This document shows, piece after piece, positions 45,564-56,402 of a stretch of 64,000 nt of DNA. Source of the stretch: Gemmatimonadales bacterium (lineage in GTDB: Bacteria > Gemmatimonadota > Gemmatimonadetes > Gemmatimonadales > GWC2-71-9); the NCBI GenBank assembly GCA_037189525.1, contig JBBCJC010000003.1:64001-128000 (forward strand), read 5' to 3'. The notes beneath the pieces are model-generated. The model searched no databases and was not told where the DNA came from. It saw only the letters and a list, made by a program, of their open reading frames with translations. Made by a program: the position numbers and the translations under genes. Every line of letters starts with the position of its first letter. Position 1 is the first letter of the stretch.

Positions 45564-46735
45564 GCTGTCTGCTCCGAAAGCCAGCGTTGCACGGTGGCGA
45601 GGTCTTTGTCGCCTCGTCCCGAGAGATTGACCAGGATCCGCCGTCGCCGTCCGTCGGGACCGAGCCGGCGGGCCGCGGCGAGAGCGTGGGCGCTTTCGAG
45701 CGCGGGGAGAATGCCCTCTTCGCGCGCCAGGTCCTGATACGCCGCGACGGCCTGGGCGTCGTCGCAGCCGGTATAGCGAACCCGTCCGCGCTCCTGCAGG
45801 TACGCATGCTCGGGACCGACCGCGGGATAATCGAGGCCTGCCGAGATCGAGTGCGACTCGAGGATCTGTCCGTCGTCGTCCTGGAGCGCCAGCGTCAAGG
45901 CGCCGTGGAGCACGCCGACCGTGCCGCGCTGCAGGGTGGCGCCGTGGGCTTCGGTGTGCAGGCCGCGCCCGGCCGGCTCGACGCCGAGCAACTCGACCGG
46001 ATCGTCGAGGAAGGCGGTGAAGATGCCGATGGCGTTGGAGCCGCCGCCGACCGCAGCAATCACGATGTCGGGCAGTTCTCCCTCGGCCGCCAGGAACTGC
46101 TGCCTCGCCTCGTCGCCGATGACGCGCTGGAAGTCGCGCACCATGGTTGGGAACGGATGCGGCCCGGCCACGGTGCCGAGCAGGTAGTGCGTGGTATCGT
46201 AGGATGCGGACCAGTCGCGCAGGGCTTCGTTGATGGCGTCCTTGAGGGTACCGCTTCCGGTGCTGACCGGGACAACGGTTGCGCCGAAGAGACGCATCCG
46301 CTCGACGTTGGAGCGTTGCCGTTCCACGTCCTTGGCGCCCATGTAGATCACGGTTTCGAGCCCCAGCCGCGCACCGGTAAAGGCCGTCGCAACGCCGTGC
46401 TGGCCCGCGCCGGTTTCGGCAATCAGCCGGCGCTTGCCGAGCCTGCGGGCCAGCAGGCCCTGGCCCAGTGCCTGATTGGTTTTGTGGGCGCCGCCGTGCA
46501 GCAGGTCTTCGCGCTTGAGCCAGATCGCGGCTCCGACATCGGCGCCGAACCGGCGGCAGCGATAGAGCGGGGTCGGCCGTCCGGCATAGTTGGCCAGCAG
46601 GTCGGCAAGTTCGGTCTGGAAGGCCGGGTCGTCACGAAGATCGAGATAGGCCTGTTCCAGTTCTTCGAGTGCCGGCATCAAAATCTCCGGCACGAAGGTC
46701 CCTCCGTAGCTGCCGAAGCGGGTTGCGAGCTTCAT
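45560..46735 (-). CDS. trpB: Tryptophan synthase beta chain
   Basis: [45 protein letters not shown]. Confidence 0.98.
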   Translation of the reverse strand: MKLATRFGSYGGTFVPEILMPALEELEQAYLDLRDDPAFQTELADLLANYAGRPTPLYRCRRFGADVGAAIWLKREDLLHGGAHKTNQALGQGLLARRLGKRRLIAETGAGQHGVATAFTGARLGLETVIYMGAKDVERQRSNVERMRLFGATVVPVSTGSGTLKDAINEALRDWSASYDTTHYLLGTVAGPHPFPTMVRDFQRVIGDEARQQFLAAEGELPDIVIAAVGGGSNAIGIFTAFLDDPVELLGVEPAGRGLHTEAHGATLQRGTVGVLHGALTLALQDDDGQILESHSISAGLDYPAVGPEHAYLQERGRVRYTGCDDAQAVAAYQDLAREEGILPALESAHALAAARRLGPDGRRRRILVNLSGRGDKDLATVQRWLSEQTA

Positions 46736-48120
46736 GGTGCGATTCTCCGGCGATCCGGGCAGGTGCGCCGGATGGAAAAGAAGTGATCGAGCGCGGCCGC
46801 GGACTTGATGCCCGGCGAGATTTCGACGCCCGAGTTGATATCGAGAAAATCGATGCCGGTGGCGTGTGCCCGGCCGAGGTTGTCGGCGCTGAGACCTCCC
46901 GACAGCACCAGCCGTTCGATGCCAAGTTGGTTTCGGAGCGGGGTCCAGTCGAACGTCTGTCCCGTCCCGCCTCGTTTGCCGGGATGGTAGCTGTCGAGCA
47001 GCAGGCGATCCGCGCCGGGAGGAAGCGGAGGCACCGTATCGCGGATCCGAACGGCTTTCCAGATCTCGCACGACGCGGGCAATCGTTGCCTGAGCGCCAG
47101 GAGTTCCGCGTCGGTCTCTTCTCCGTGGAGTTGCACGGCCGACAGACCGATCAGATCGACGGCTTCCTCGATCCGGCGGGGCGAGTCGTTGACGAACACG
47201 CCGACCCGCGCCATCGGCGCCGCGTGGCGGAGCTCCCGCGCCATACGAAGGCTGATGCACCGCCGGGATTCAGGGGCAAAGATGAAGCCGCCATGGGTTG
47301 CGCCGGCTGCGGAGGCGGCGGCAACATCGCGGGCGCGGGTGAGCCCGCAGACCTTGGTCGATCCGTAGACGAGTTCCTTGACGGTGGCCGCGACATCGGT
47401 GGCGCGCATTGTAGCGGTGCCGATCAGATAGCCGTCGACCGTGTCGCAGAGGACCCGGACATCGTGACGAGTCCGGATGCCCGACTCCGCGATCAGGATC
47501 GCATCGGGGCCGGCAAGGTGGGCCAGGGTTCCCGTCGTCTCGAGTTTGACCTCGAGGGTGCTCAGGTTGCGGTTGTTGATGCCGATCACGCGGGCGCCGA
47601 GGTGCCGCGCCCGAATGACTTCCGCGGCGGTATGCGCCTCGGTCAGGACACCCATGGCGAGCGAGCCCGCCGCCTCGGCGCAGGCGCGGTAGGTCTGATC
47701 GTCGAGGATCGACAGCATCAGGAGAATCGCATCGGCCCCGGCGCGCCGGGCTTCATAGACCTGATACGGATCCAGGATGAAGTCCTTGCAGAGGACCGGT
47801 TGCGATACCGCCGCGCGTACCCGGGCGAGTAGGGCGTGTGAGCCGCCGAAGAAGGGGCCATCGGTCAGGACGCTGATGGCATCGGCATGCCGGGCATACG
47901 CGTCGATGGCCGGAGCCATCTCGTCGACTGCGCGCAGCTTGCCTTCCGAGGGAGAAGCCGGCTTGATCTCGAAGATGAACGCCGGCGTTCGGGCGCCGAG
48001 CGCGGCCTCGAAGTTCCGGTCGGACGGCAGCAACCCTTCGAGGAGAGTCTCGAGCGGACGCGCGGCTTGCCGAAGCGCGAGATCCCGCCGTTTGGCCGTC
48101 AGAATTGCATCAAGCGCCAT
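46732..48120 (-). CDS. trpCF: Bifunctional indole-3-glycerol-phosphate synthase / PRA isomerase
   Basis: [28 protein letters not shown] fused to KVCGLT, VQLHG, DINSGVE. Confidence 0.95.
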   Translation of the reverse strand: MALDAILTAKRRDLALRQAARPLETLLEGLLPSDRNFEAALGARTPAFIFEIKPASPSEGKLRAVDEMAPAIDAYARHADAISVLTDGPFFGGSHALLARVRAAVSQPVLCKDFILDPYQVYEARRAGADAILLMLSILDDQTYRACAEAAGSLAMGVLTEAHTAAEVIRARHLGARVIGINNRNLSTLEVKLETTGTLAHLAGPDAILIAESGIRTRHDVRVLCDTVDGYLIGTATMRATDVAATVKELVYGSTKVCGLTRARDVAAASAAGATHGGFIFAPESRRCISLRMARELRHAAPMARVGVFVNDSPRRIEEAVDLIGLSAVQLHGEETDAELLALRQRLPASCEIWKAVRIRDTVPPLPPGADRLLLDSYHPGKRGGTGQTFDWTPLRNQLGIERLVLSGGLSADNLGRAHATGIDFLDINSGVEISPGIKSAAALDHFFSIRRTCPDRRRIAP

Positions 48121-49123
48121 GGGAACACTCGATCAGGGCATCGAGATGACGGAGCGCCTGCCCACCTGCCAGGATGCCGCGCGCCGCATCGGTACCTTCG
48201 CGGAGATCCGATGCCAGACCGGCAATCCAGAGCATCGCCCCGCTGTTGAGCGCGACGGCGTCGAGATGAGCCGCCGGCGCTTGCCCGGCAAGCAACCGCC
48301 GAAGCCAGCCGGCGCCGAGTTCGGGGCTGGTGCCGGCGAGCGCATCGACTGGCGCCTCTGTACACCCCGCCATGGCCGGCGTCAGCGTGAGGCGTTCGAC
48401 CGAACCGTTGTGCAGCCGTGCCGCGGTGGTGGGGCCATGCAGTGCGATCTCGTCCATGCCCGAGCCGTGCACCACGAGCGCATCGCGGCAGCCGAGCATG
48501 CCCAGGGTCTCGGCCAGGGGAACCACGAGCCGTTCGGCGTAGACACCCATCACCTGATACTCGGGCTGCGCCGGGTTGGCGAGCGGCCCTAGCAAGTTGA
48601 ACACGGTCCGGGTTCGAAGCGTTTGCCGGACGCCGGTGGCCCGTCGGACGCCCGGGTGATACGCCGGAGCAAACAGGAAGCAGATACCCGCCTGATCCAG
48701 GCACCGCCGCGCGACGTCGGGCGTCGTTTCCAATCTGACACCGAGCGCTTCGAGCAGGTCGGCCGAGCCGCAGCGGGACGAACTGGCCCGGTTGCCATGC
48801 TTCGCGACCCGCACTCCGGCGGCCGCGGCGACGAACGCCGTAGCGGTGGAGATATTGACCGTTCCGGCGCCGTCGCCGCCGGTTCCGCAGGTATCGGCGA
48901 CCGGATAGTCGGGCTTGGGGAATCGAGCGGCGGCGCGCCGGAGCGCCAGCGCCGCGCCGGCAATCTCGGCCGGTGTTTCGCCGCGCGCCTTGAGCGCACC
49001 GAGCAGGGCGGCGATCTCGATGTCGGTGAGTTCGCCGGCGATCAGTCCGGTAAAGGCGGCGAAGCTCTCCGTCTGATCGAGGCTGCGCCGGCTCAGCGTA
49101 TCCAGCACACTAGCGGCCGACAT
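48110..49123 (-). CDS. trpD: Anthranilate phosphoribosyltransferase
   Basis: DTCGTGGDG, NIST, KHGNR, RTVFNLLGPLANP, GMDE. Confidence 0.96.
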   Translation of the reverse strand: MSAASVLDTLSRRSLDQTESFAAFTGLIAGELTDIEIAALLGALKARGETPAEIAGAALALRRAAARFPKPDYPVADTCGTGGDGAGTVNISTATAFVAAAAGVRVAKHGNRASSSRCGSADLLEALGVRLETTPDVARRCLDQAGICFLFAPAYHPGVRRATGVRQTLRTRTVFNLLGPLANPAQPEYQVMGVYAERLVVPLAETLGMLGCRDALVVHGSGMDEIALHGPTTAARLHNGSVERLTLTPAMAGCTEAPVDALAGTSPELGAGWLRRLLAGQAPAAHLDAVALNSGAMLWIAGLASDLREGTDAARGILAGGQALRHLDALIECSHGA

Positions 49124-49703
49124 GGGCAGCCCACCGGATCACGTTGTCGATCATCTGTCCGCCGGCCGGTGTCAGGACCGACTCGGGATGAAACTGGACC
49201 CCGAACGCCGGCGCCCCGCGATGGCTGACTGCCATCACCACATCGTCCGCCGCGGCGATCGGAGCCAGCTCGTTAGGCAGGGTTCCGGCGGCCAGCGAGT
49301 GATAGCGGCCCACCGGCGTCGGAGACGGCAGCCCCTCGAAAGGACCGGTGCCATCGTGGGTCACCCGGCTCGCCTTGCCGTGCATGGGCGCGGCGGCCCG
49401 GACGACCGTCCCGCCCAGCGCCTCGATCAGCGCCTGATGGCCGAGACAGACCCCGAGCAGGGGGATCCGACCGAGTGCGCGCCGAATGACTTCGATGGAG
49501 CAGCCCGCCTCTCGCGGATGGCCGGGGCCGGGTGAGATGACCAGCAGCGCCTTCCCGCCGGCAGCGCGGTCGAGGATCCGATCGGCGGCGACGTCGTTGC
49601 GGAAGACCGTGACCTCGGTGTCGCGCCGGGCAAACTCATCCACCAGGTTGTAGGTGAACGAATCGAAGTTGTCGAGCAGGATCACCTGGAGCGCCTCAGA
49701 CAT
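49110..49703 (-). CDS. trpG: Anthranilate synthase component II
   Basis: DNFDSFTYNL, SPGPG, GVCLGHQ, RYHSL, QFHPES. Confidence 0.95.
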   Translation of the reverse strand: MSEALQVILLDNFDSFTYNLVDEFARRDTEVTVFRNDVAADRILDRAAGGKALLVISPGPGHPREAGCSIEVIRRALGRIPLLGVCLGHQALIEALGGTVVRAAAPMHGKASRVTHDGTGPFEGLPSPTPVGRYHSLAAGTLPNELAPIAAADDVVMAVSHRGAPAFGVQFHPESVLTPAGGQMIDNVIRWAAHVGR

Positions 49704-51285
49704 GGGCCGGTACCTCCGCATGGCGGATGGCTTCGACGACTGCTCGGGCCTTGCGCCGGGTCTCGAGCGCTTCGGATGCCGGATCGGAATCCATCACGAC
49801 GCCCGCACCGGCGCGGACCCGCGCGATCCCGTCGACCACGACGGCGGAGCGAATCACGATGGCCGTTTCGAGGGTACCGTCGCTGCGCAAGTAGCCCACG
49901 CTGCCGCCGTACGCCCCCCGCCGTGAGGGCTCGACACCGCGGAGCAGTTCGGCGGCCCGAACCTTGGGGGCGCCGACCAGTGTTCCCATGTTCATGGTGG
50001 CGGCGTACGCTTCGAGGGCGTCGACCGACGGCGCGAGCGTTCCCGAGACTTCGGACACCAGGTGCATCACATGGGTGTAGCGCTCGACCTGGAGCAATCG
50101 GGTGACCGTGCGGGTGCCCGGAGCGCTGATCCGCGCGATGTCGTTCCGGGCCAGGTCGACCAGCATCAGATGCTCGGCCAGCTCCTTCTGGTCGAGCCGA
50201 AGCATCACTTCGGCGCGGACATCGGCTTCGGCGTCGAGCGCTCCCTGGGCATCGCGACCTCGGCCGACCGTGCCCGCGATGGGTGTGATCGTGGCGCGGC
50301 GGGTCGAGGCCTCGACGCGGAGACAGGTTTCGGGCGACGCGCCGAACAGCGTCCGTTCGGGGCCGCGGAGGTAGAAGAGATACGGACTCGGGTTGCGGGT
50401 CCGTAGCTGGGCATAGGCGGCCAGCGCGTCGGGACAGGGCAGCGAAAAGGTCCGGGACGGGACGATCTGATAGACGTCGCCTGCCAGGATGTGCTGCTGT
50501 AGTCGGGTTACCGTGTGCGCGTACTCCTCGTCGCTCTGATCGACGGTGGCGTCCGCATCAGTGGCGGGGCTGGAGCTTCCGTCGATTCGTTCCGAGACAC
50601 CGGCATCGGCCAGAGCGCCGACCAGCACTTCGACTGCGCGGCTGGCGTCGTGGTAGCGGGCGTCGAAGCCCGGACCTCCCCACGCGGTGGCGACCACGGT
50701 GGCGGAGGCCGTCCGATGATCGACCACGATCAGCCGATCGGGGATCCAGAACTCGAGCACCGGCTGATCGAGCGGGTCGGCTTGACCTTGCGGCAACCGT
50801 TCGAAGTAGTCGATGGCGTCGTATCCGAACGCGCCGACGAGCAAGTGCCCCCAGGGGTTCGGCGTTGCGGCCAGGTCGACGCCGAATGCCAGCGTCCGGA
50901 GCACATCGAACGCCGTGCCGTGGCGAAAGCGATCCCGCTCGTCGAGTATCTCGGCCCGGGCGGCGATCGGGACGATGAGCACGTCGCCCTCGGCGTACGC
51001 GGCGGGGTGGCGGGCTGCCACCAGCGCGAGGGCGGCCGCGCCGTTAGGCGAGAGCGGCTCGATTCGAACCGATCCGAGATCGGCCTGGATCCGGACAGCC
51101 GCGCGGACGCCGATGAGGCTGCGGTGCCCTTCGCGCTCGCTGCCGTCCGCCGATTCGAGCAGGAAGGTGTGCGGTCGCTCGCCGTCCGCAGCAAGCCGTC
51201 GATAGAGCGCCAACGGGTCGACCGCGGCGGGGAGGCGCCGGACCAGGGGCAGGATCGTACCGGCGGCTGGATCGTGCGGCGTCAC
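49696..51285 (-). CDS. trpE: Anthranilate synthase component I
   Basis: LLESA, NPSPYLF, GASPE, PIAGT, KELAEHLMLVDLARND, NMGTLVGAPKVRA. Confidence 0.96.
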   Translation of the reverse strand: MTPHDPAAGTILPLVRRLPAAVDPLALYRRLAADGERPHTFLLESADGSEREGHRSLIGVRAAVRIQADLGSVRIEPLSPNGAAALALVAARHPAAYAEGDVLIVPIAARAEILDERDRFRHGTAFDVLRTLAFGVDLAATPNPWGHLLVGAFGYDAIDYFERLPQGQADPLDQPVLEFWIPDRLIVVDHRTASATVVATAWGGPGFDARYHDASRAVEVLVGALADAGVSERIDGSSSPATDADATVDQSDEEYAHTVTRLQQHILAGDVYQIVPSRTFSLPCPDALAAYAQLRTRNPSPYLFYLRGPERTLFGASPETCLRVEASTRRATITPIAGTVGRGRDAQGALDAEADVRAEVMLRLDQKELAEHLMLVDLARNDIARISAPGTRTVTRLLQVERYTHVMHLVSEVSGTLAPSVDALEAYAATMNMGTLVGAPKVRAAELLRGVEPSRRGAYGGSVGYLRSDGTLETAIVIRSAVVVDGIARVRAGAGVVMDSDPASEALETRRKARAVVEAIRHAEVPAHV

Positions 51286-52295
51286 AGGAACCGTCCGGCC
51301 GCTCGGGCAAAGGGCTCCAGCTCGCGCATCAGGGCGGCGAACTGCTCCGGGTAGAGCGATTGCTTACCGTCGGACAATGCGACCCGTGGATCGTGGTGCA
51401 CTTCGATCAGCAGGCCATCGGCGCCGCAGGCAATGGCCGCCTTGGCCATTGGCGCGACAAGATCCCGCACCCCGGTGCCGTGCGACGGGTCGACCAGTAC
51501 GGGAAGGTGGCTGCGGGCTTTGATGGCGGGGACGGCTGCGAGATCCAGGGTGTTGCGCGTGGTGCTGTCGAATCCCTGGATGCCCCGTTCGCACAGAATC
51601 ACATTGGGGTTCCCCTCGGCAAGGATGTACTCGGCGGCGAGGAGCAGGTCGTCGATCCGCGCGGCCATCCCGCGCTTGAGCACCACCGGCTTGCGGCGCT
51701 GGCCGAGTGCTTGGAGTAGCCGGAAGTTCTGCATGTTGCGGGCGCCGACCTGGAAGCCGTCTGCGTACTGATCGACCAGGTCGAGATCGGCCACGTCCAC
51801 GACCTCGGTCAGCGAGGGGGCGCCGAGTTCACGGGACACCTGCTGCAGGATTTCGAGCCCCTGGCGTCCGAGGCCCTGAAAGGAGTAGGGACTGGTGCGC
51901 GGCTTGAACGCGCCACCGCGGAGGGCATGCGCACCTGCCGATGTGGCGGCGGTGGCGCTCTGGCGGAAGAGCTCCGGGCCTTCGATCGAGCAGGGGCCGG
52001 CAATCACGACGATGCGATCGCCGCCGATGGCCACGCCGCCCAGATTGACGACCGTGTCGGCGGGGTGCATTTCGCGTCCGACCAGTTTGTAGGGGGCGAG
52101 GATCGGCTTGATGCTCTCCACCATGGGGTGCCCGTCGAGCTGCAGCCGCTCGAGCTCACGCTCGTCGCCCAGGGCGCCCAGCACCACCCGTTCGCTGCCC
52201 GGCATGTGGAGGGGGCGGAGTCCGAGTGACGCGATCTGTCGGATCAGTTCGTCGGCGTGGTCGGCCGATGCGTCCGGTTTGAGCACGATGATCAT
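51282..52295 (-). CDS. aroF: DAHP synthase, type I-beta, with an N-terminal regulatory domain
   Basis: IAGPCSIE, RGGAFKPRTSPYSFQGLG, GARNMQNF, DPSHGTG, SDGKQS. Confidence 0.93.
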   Translation of the reverse strand: MIIVLKPDASADHADELIRQIASLGLRPLHMPGSERVVLGALGDERELERLQLDGHPMVESIKPILAPYKLVGREMHPADTVVNLGGVAIGGDRIVVIAGPCSIEGPELFRQSATAATSAGAHALRGGAFKPRTSPYSFQGLGRQGLEILQQVSRELGAPSLTEVVDVADLDLVDQYADGFQVGARNMQNFRLLQALGQRRKPVVLKRGMAARIDDLLLAAEYILAEGNPNVILCERGIQGFDSTTRNTLDLAAVPAIKARSHLPVLVDPSHGTGVRDLVAPMAKAAIACGADGLLIEVHHDPRVALSDGKQSLYPEQFAALMRELEPFARAAGRFL

Positions 52296-52339
52296 GGCCT
52301 GCCTTTCAGGGGTTGACCCCGGGACATGCGGCAGGCTGT

Positions 52340-52376
52340 AAACGCACAAAAGCCCACCGCGTATCGCGGTGGGCTT
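52340..52376 (-). terminator. Attenuator terminator of the aroF-trp leader
   Basis: AAGCCCACCGCG-ATA-CGCGGTGGGCTT followed by TTGTGCGTTT on the minus strand. Confidence 0.88.
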
Positions 52377-52408
52377 CGTCGGGTGCGATCGTTCAGTCTA
52401 CGATCGGC

Positions 52409-52483
52409 TCAAACGGATGCTCGCCCTACCGCGGATTCGCGCCAGGGCCACCACCAGAGGTTGAGCGTCACGAGCTGTTGCAT
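52409..52483 (-). CDS. trpL: Trp attenuation leader peptide MQQLVTLNLWWWPWRESAVGRASV
   Basis: 24-aa ORF with four Trp codons (TGG TGG TGG CCC TGG), upstream of the terminator and the trp operon. Confidence 0.88.
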   Translation of the reverse strand: MQQLVTLNLWWWPWRESAVGRASV

Positions 52484-52489
52484 GCCTTG

Positions 52490-52519
52490 AGTATAGACCT
52501 TGGGCCAGCGGCCGGTCAA
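52490..52519 (-). promoter_or_regulatory. Sigma-70 promoter of the trp leader
   Basis: TTGACC-N18-TATACT, 6 nt before the leader ATG. Confidence 0.7.
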
Positions 52520-53679
52520 GGGCGTCCGGCGCGGCGCAGGACGGGCTCCAGAACCGCGAAGAGCCGATCGATCTCGTGGGCTTCGTTGTAAACGTGCGGG
52601 GTGATGCGCAGCGTGCCGCCGCCGCGGACGCTGACGTAGACCCGTTCGGACGCCAATTGCTCAGCAAGCGATTCCGATGTGGCCGGCATCCGGAGCGACA
52701 GGTAGTGCGGGGCCCGCAACCGCGCCGAAACGGCTGTGGCGCCGAGCGCTTCCGCGCGGGCGAGGATGGCGGCGTTGTAGGCGCCGATCGTTTCGGACAG
52801 GTTGGCGACGCCCCATGTGAGGATCTGCTCGACCGCGGCCACGGCCGGCGGGATCAGCGCGAAGTTGGCGGGCTCTCCCATGTCGTACCGCCGCGCGCCG
52901 GGCTGGAACGCTTCGGGATAGCCGAGCAGGGCGCTGAAGTTTTCGGAACCGGCGCGGCCGAACCAGTGCTGTTCCAGCGGGGTGCCCTGCTGGCGGCGCG
53001 GCGCCACATAGAGGAGCCCGATGCTGTAAGGTCCCAGCAGCCACTTGTAGCACGCGGCAACCAGAAAATCGGGATCGACCGCCGCAAGATCGAAGGGCAT
53101 CACGCCGAGCGACTGGGTCAGGTCGAGCACCAGAGCGGCGCCCACCTGATCGAGGCGGGACCGGATCGCGCTCAGGTCGAGCCGGACGCCGTCGATCCAG
53201 TGGCAGGCCGGCAGCGCAGCAACCGCCGTGCGGTCGTCGATGGCGGAGAGGACCGCGGCGGTCCAGTCGTCATCGGCGGGGCGGGGGATAGTGACCAGTT
53301 CGGCGCCCGCCTGCTGTGCCCGGCTCCGCCAGGTCAGAATGGTCGAGGGAAACTCCTCGGCCAGCACCAGGACCCGTTGGCCCGGGCCGAGCGGCAGATT
53401 GGCCGCGGCGGTCGCCATACCGTAGCTCGCGGCCGGGACGATGGCCAGGTCATCGGCCGTCGCGGGCGCGCCGAGCAGCCGGGCAAAGGCGGTTCGGCCG
53501 CGGTCCGCTGTGGCAAAGAAATCGGCCGGGACGACTTCCCACGGCCGCTGTTTGGCGTCGATCCCGTCCCTTCCGGCCTGGGCAACCTGCCGGGACAGCG
53601 GGGACATATAGGCGCAATTCAGGTAGGTCACGTCGTGCGGCAGGTCGAACAGGTGTCGCGCCGAGGAGATCATTGTCAT
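52516..53679 (-). CDS. PLP-dependent class V aminotransferase family protein
   Basis: YLNCAYMSP, EEFPS, DLTQSLG, CYKWLLGP, LRITPHVYN. Confidence 0.88.
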   Translation of the reverse strand: MTMISSARHLFDLPHDVTYLNCAYMSPLSRQVAQAGRDGIDAKQRPWEVVPADFFATADRGRTAFARLLGAPATADDLAIVPAASYGMATAAANLPLGPGQRVLVLAEEFPSTILTWRSRAQQAGAELVTIPRPADDDWTAAVLSAIDDRTAVAALPACHWIDGVRLDLSAIRSRLDQVGAALVLDLTQSLGVMPFDLAAVDPDFLVAACYKWLLGPYSIGLLYVAPRRQQGTPLEQHWFGRAGSENFSALLGYPEAFQPGARRYDMGEPANFALIPPAVAAVEQILTWGVANLSETIGAYNAAILARAEALGATAVSARLRAPHYLSLRMPATSESLAEQLASERVYVSVRGGGTLRITPHVYNEAHEIDRLFAVLEPVLRRAGRP

Positions 53680-53847
53680 CCTGGAAACGTAACGACCACG
53701 GGGTCCGGAACTTAGACCGCTCCGAGACCCGAAACTTCTCCGATTCAGCAAACGTCCTGCGTGGTGCGTATTGGAAGGCAGTCGGTCGGCCATGCGGGCG
53801 ATGGTTGCCTTGACCTGCTTCCGGCCGCACTTTTGGAACCGTCTCCT

Positions 53848-55236
53848 ATGCATCAGTTCTTCTTTGCGGCCCTGGTCCAGGCGGCGGCATCTCTTGGCAC
53901 CTCCGCCGTCGATCCCGGCCGACTCCCGGCGCTCGTCGACAGCCTGGCCGCGCGCGAACTCCGCGCGGGGCCCACGGCCGGCGTGTCCGTTGCCGTGATG
54001 CAGGGCGGTGCGGTGCTCTTTGCCCGCGGGTACGGGTATGCAGACCTCGAGAACCCGGCAGCGGTCAGCGTCGAAACCATCTTCAAGGTCGGGTCCGTCA
54101 CCAAGCAGGTCACCACAGTCCTGCTGGGCCAGCTGGTCGATCAGGGCAAGGTCGACCTCGACGCCGATGTCCGGACCTATCTTCCCGACGCGCCGACCAA
54201 CGGTCGTCCGGTCACGATTGCCCAGTTGCTCAACCACACCTCGGGCATCCGGAGCTTCACCAATCTCGGGCAGGCTGTTTCCCGTGACAGCTTCAGGCTC
54301 GACCTGACGACCGACCGGCTGATCGGTCTGCTTCGCAACGTGCCGCCCGATTTCGAACCAGGTACCTCCTGGCAGTACAACAACACCGGGTATCTGATCG
54401 CGGGGATGCTGGTCGAAAAGATCACCGGGATGTCGCTCGCGGAGGTGCTCGCCCGTCAGATCACAGGCCCGCTCGGCCTGACTAGAACTTCATGGTGTGA
54501 TGAGCGGGCCGTGGTCCCGAATCGGGCCAAGGGATATCGCCGGACCGCCGCGGGTTTCGAGCGCGCGGTCGGTGAGTCGATGTGGATCCCGCGTGGCGCG
54601 GGGGCCTTGTGTTCGACTCCGCTCGACCTGGTCCGATTTCGGGATGCCCTGGCCAAGGGGAAGCTCCTGTCCCGCGCCACCTATGAGCGGATGATCACGC
54701 CGGCTCTGCTGGCCGACGGCTGGAAGACCAACTACGGTTACGGGGTTGCGGTCTATCACCTCGGCCCCCATCGCATCATCCGGCACGGGGGCACGATCAC
54801 CGGATTTCAGGCCAACCTCCTGTATGTGCCCGAGCGGGACCTCGTCGTCAGCGTACTGGCGAACACCATGGGGTCGGATCCGGTTGGCCTTTCCGACGGG
54901 ATCGTCGCCGGGGTGCTCGGTACGGCCGTGCCCGCCGTCGCCGAACAGCCGTTGCCGGCCAGTCGTCGAGCGGCCATCGTGGGTCGCTACCGATTGGCCA
55001 CAACGGTGTTCGAGGTGAAGGAAGAAGAAGGTCGCCTGCTGATCGGACGGGGCGGCGCGAACTGGAGCCGCCTGGCCTGGCAGGGCGACGATCGCTTCCT
55101 CGCGCTTGGTGGGCAAGCGTTCGGGTCCTATGGCCAGAGTCCGCTGCTCCGCCTGACGGGGAGCTCCGGTCGGAGTTCGGGTCTCGAGCTCGACCATCCG
55201 GTCGATGGTGTGTTGCGCGGTCAACGGGTGGAGTGA
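53848..55236 (+). CDS. Serine hydrolase (beta-lactamase/AmpC-like family) with a C-terminal extra domain
   Basis: GSVTKQ (SxxK), LLNHTSG, YNN, HGG. Confidence 0.9.
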   Translation: MHQFFFAALVQAAASLGTSAVDPGRLPALVDSLAARELRAGPTAGVSVAVMQGGAVLFARGYGYADLENPAAVSVETIFKVGSVTKQVTTVLLGQLVDQGKVDLDADVRTYLPDAPTNGRPVTIAQLLNHTSGIRSFTNLGQAVSRDSFRLDLTTDRLIGLLRNVPPDFEPGTSWQYNNTGYLIAGMLVEKITGMSLAEVLARQITGPLGLTRTSWCDERAVVPNRAKGYRRTAAGFERAVGESMWIPRGAGALCSTPLDLVRFRDALAKGKLLSRATYERMITPALLADGWKTNYGYGVAVYHLGPHRIIRHGGTITGFQANLLYVPERDLVVSVLANTMGSDPVGLSDGIVAGVLGTAVPAVAEQPLPASRRAAIVGRYRLATTVFEVKEEEGRLLIGRGGANWSRLAWQGDDRFLALGGQAFGSYGQSPLLRLTGSSGRSSGLELDHPVDGVLRGQRVE

Positions 55237-55240
55237 GCGG

Positions 55241-56329
55241 ATGAAGCGCTTGGTCGTCACGGGATGTCTGATCGCGCTGGCTGGGGGACTCGAGGCCCAA
55301 TCACGAGAGCCGTTGCTTGCCCGTATCGACTCGGTCGTCTCGGCGCATATGGCGAAGAATCAGAACGTCGGGCTCTCGATCGGAATCGAACATCGGGGCG
55401 AACTGCTGCTGGCCCGGGGGTACGGCTCGGCCGATCTGGAAAGCTCGGCGCCGGCCACCGCGGAAACGGTCTATCGGATCGGCTCGATTACCAAACAGAT
55501 TACAGCGGCGCTGGTGCTGCAGCTGGTGGAGCAGGGCAAGGTCGGTCTCGACGACGATCTCACCAAATTCCTGCCCGACTATCCCACCCAGGGCCGCCGG
55601 ATCACGATCCATCATCTGCTGACGCATACCTCGGGCATTCGGAGCTTCACGGGACTCGGGCCGCGCTACGCCACCTTTTCGCGGCTCGATCTGACCGAGG
55701 ATCAACTGATTGCCGAGTTTGCGAAGGAACCGTTCGACTTCGAGCCGGGGGCGCAGTACCGCTACAACAACTCGGCCTACTTCCTGCTCGGGGTCATTGT
55801 CGGCAAGGTGACGGGAACGCCGTATCCGGCGCTCGTGGAACGGGCGCTGTTCGCGCCGCTCGGCCTCGCGTCGTCGTCGTACTGCCACAATACCAGACTG
55901 ATTCCCAAGCGGGCGCAGGGCTACGCGATCGATCAGGGCGTGGTCGTCAACGATCACCCGATCAGCATGAACATCCCCGGGGGCGCGGGCGCGCTCTGCT
56001 CGACCGTCCTCGATCTGCTGGCCTGGCAGCGATCCCTCAATGGCGGCCGAGTGCTCGGTCCGCAGCTGCTGGCCTCGATGCGCAGCGGGAAGGTCGAGTC
56101 CGGTACGACCGGCCAGTACGGGTATGGCGTCGTGGTGGGTGCGCTCCAGGGCCATGCGCAGGTTGCCCACAGCGGCGGAATCAACGGTTTCAGCTCGTGG
56201 CTTGCCACCTATCCGGAGGATCGCCTGACGGTGGTGGTGCTGACCAATAATGCCAGCGGTCAGGCGCCGGTACTCGGCGCCGCGCTGGCTCGGCTCGTGC
56301 TTGGCCTCCCGGCCGCCGTGTCGCAATGA
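55241..56329 (+). CDS. Secreted serine hydrolase (beta-lactamase/AmpC-like family)
   Basis: Signal peptide ...LEAQ, GSITKQ, LLTHTSG, YNN, HSG. Confidence 0.9.
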   Translation: MKRLVVTGCLIALAGGLEAQSREPLLARIDSVVSAHMAKNQNVGLSIGIEHRGELLLARGYGSADLESSAPATAETVYRIGSITKQITAALVLQLVEQGKVGLDDDLTKFLPDYPTQGRRITIHHLLTHTSGIRSFTGLGPRYATFSRLDLTEDQLIAEFAKEPFDFEPGAQYRYNNSAYFLLGVIVGKVTGTPYPALVERALFAPLGLASSSYCHNTRLIPKRAQGYAIDQGVVVNDHPISMNIPGGAGALCSTVLDLLAWQRSLNGGRVLGPQLLASMRSGKVESGTTGQYGYGVVVGALQGHAQVAHSGGINGFSSWLATYPEDRLTVVVLTNNASGQAPVLGAALARLVLGLPAAVSQ

Positions 56330-56402
56330 AGGCAGGCATTCGGTCGTTCCGGCCGGCTGCATCATCGGTTTCACCTTATCGAAGTCGCGGGGAAGCGGGT
56401 AC

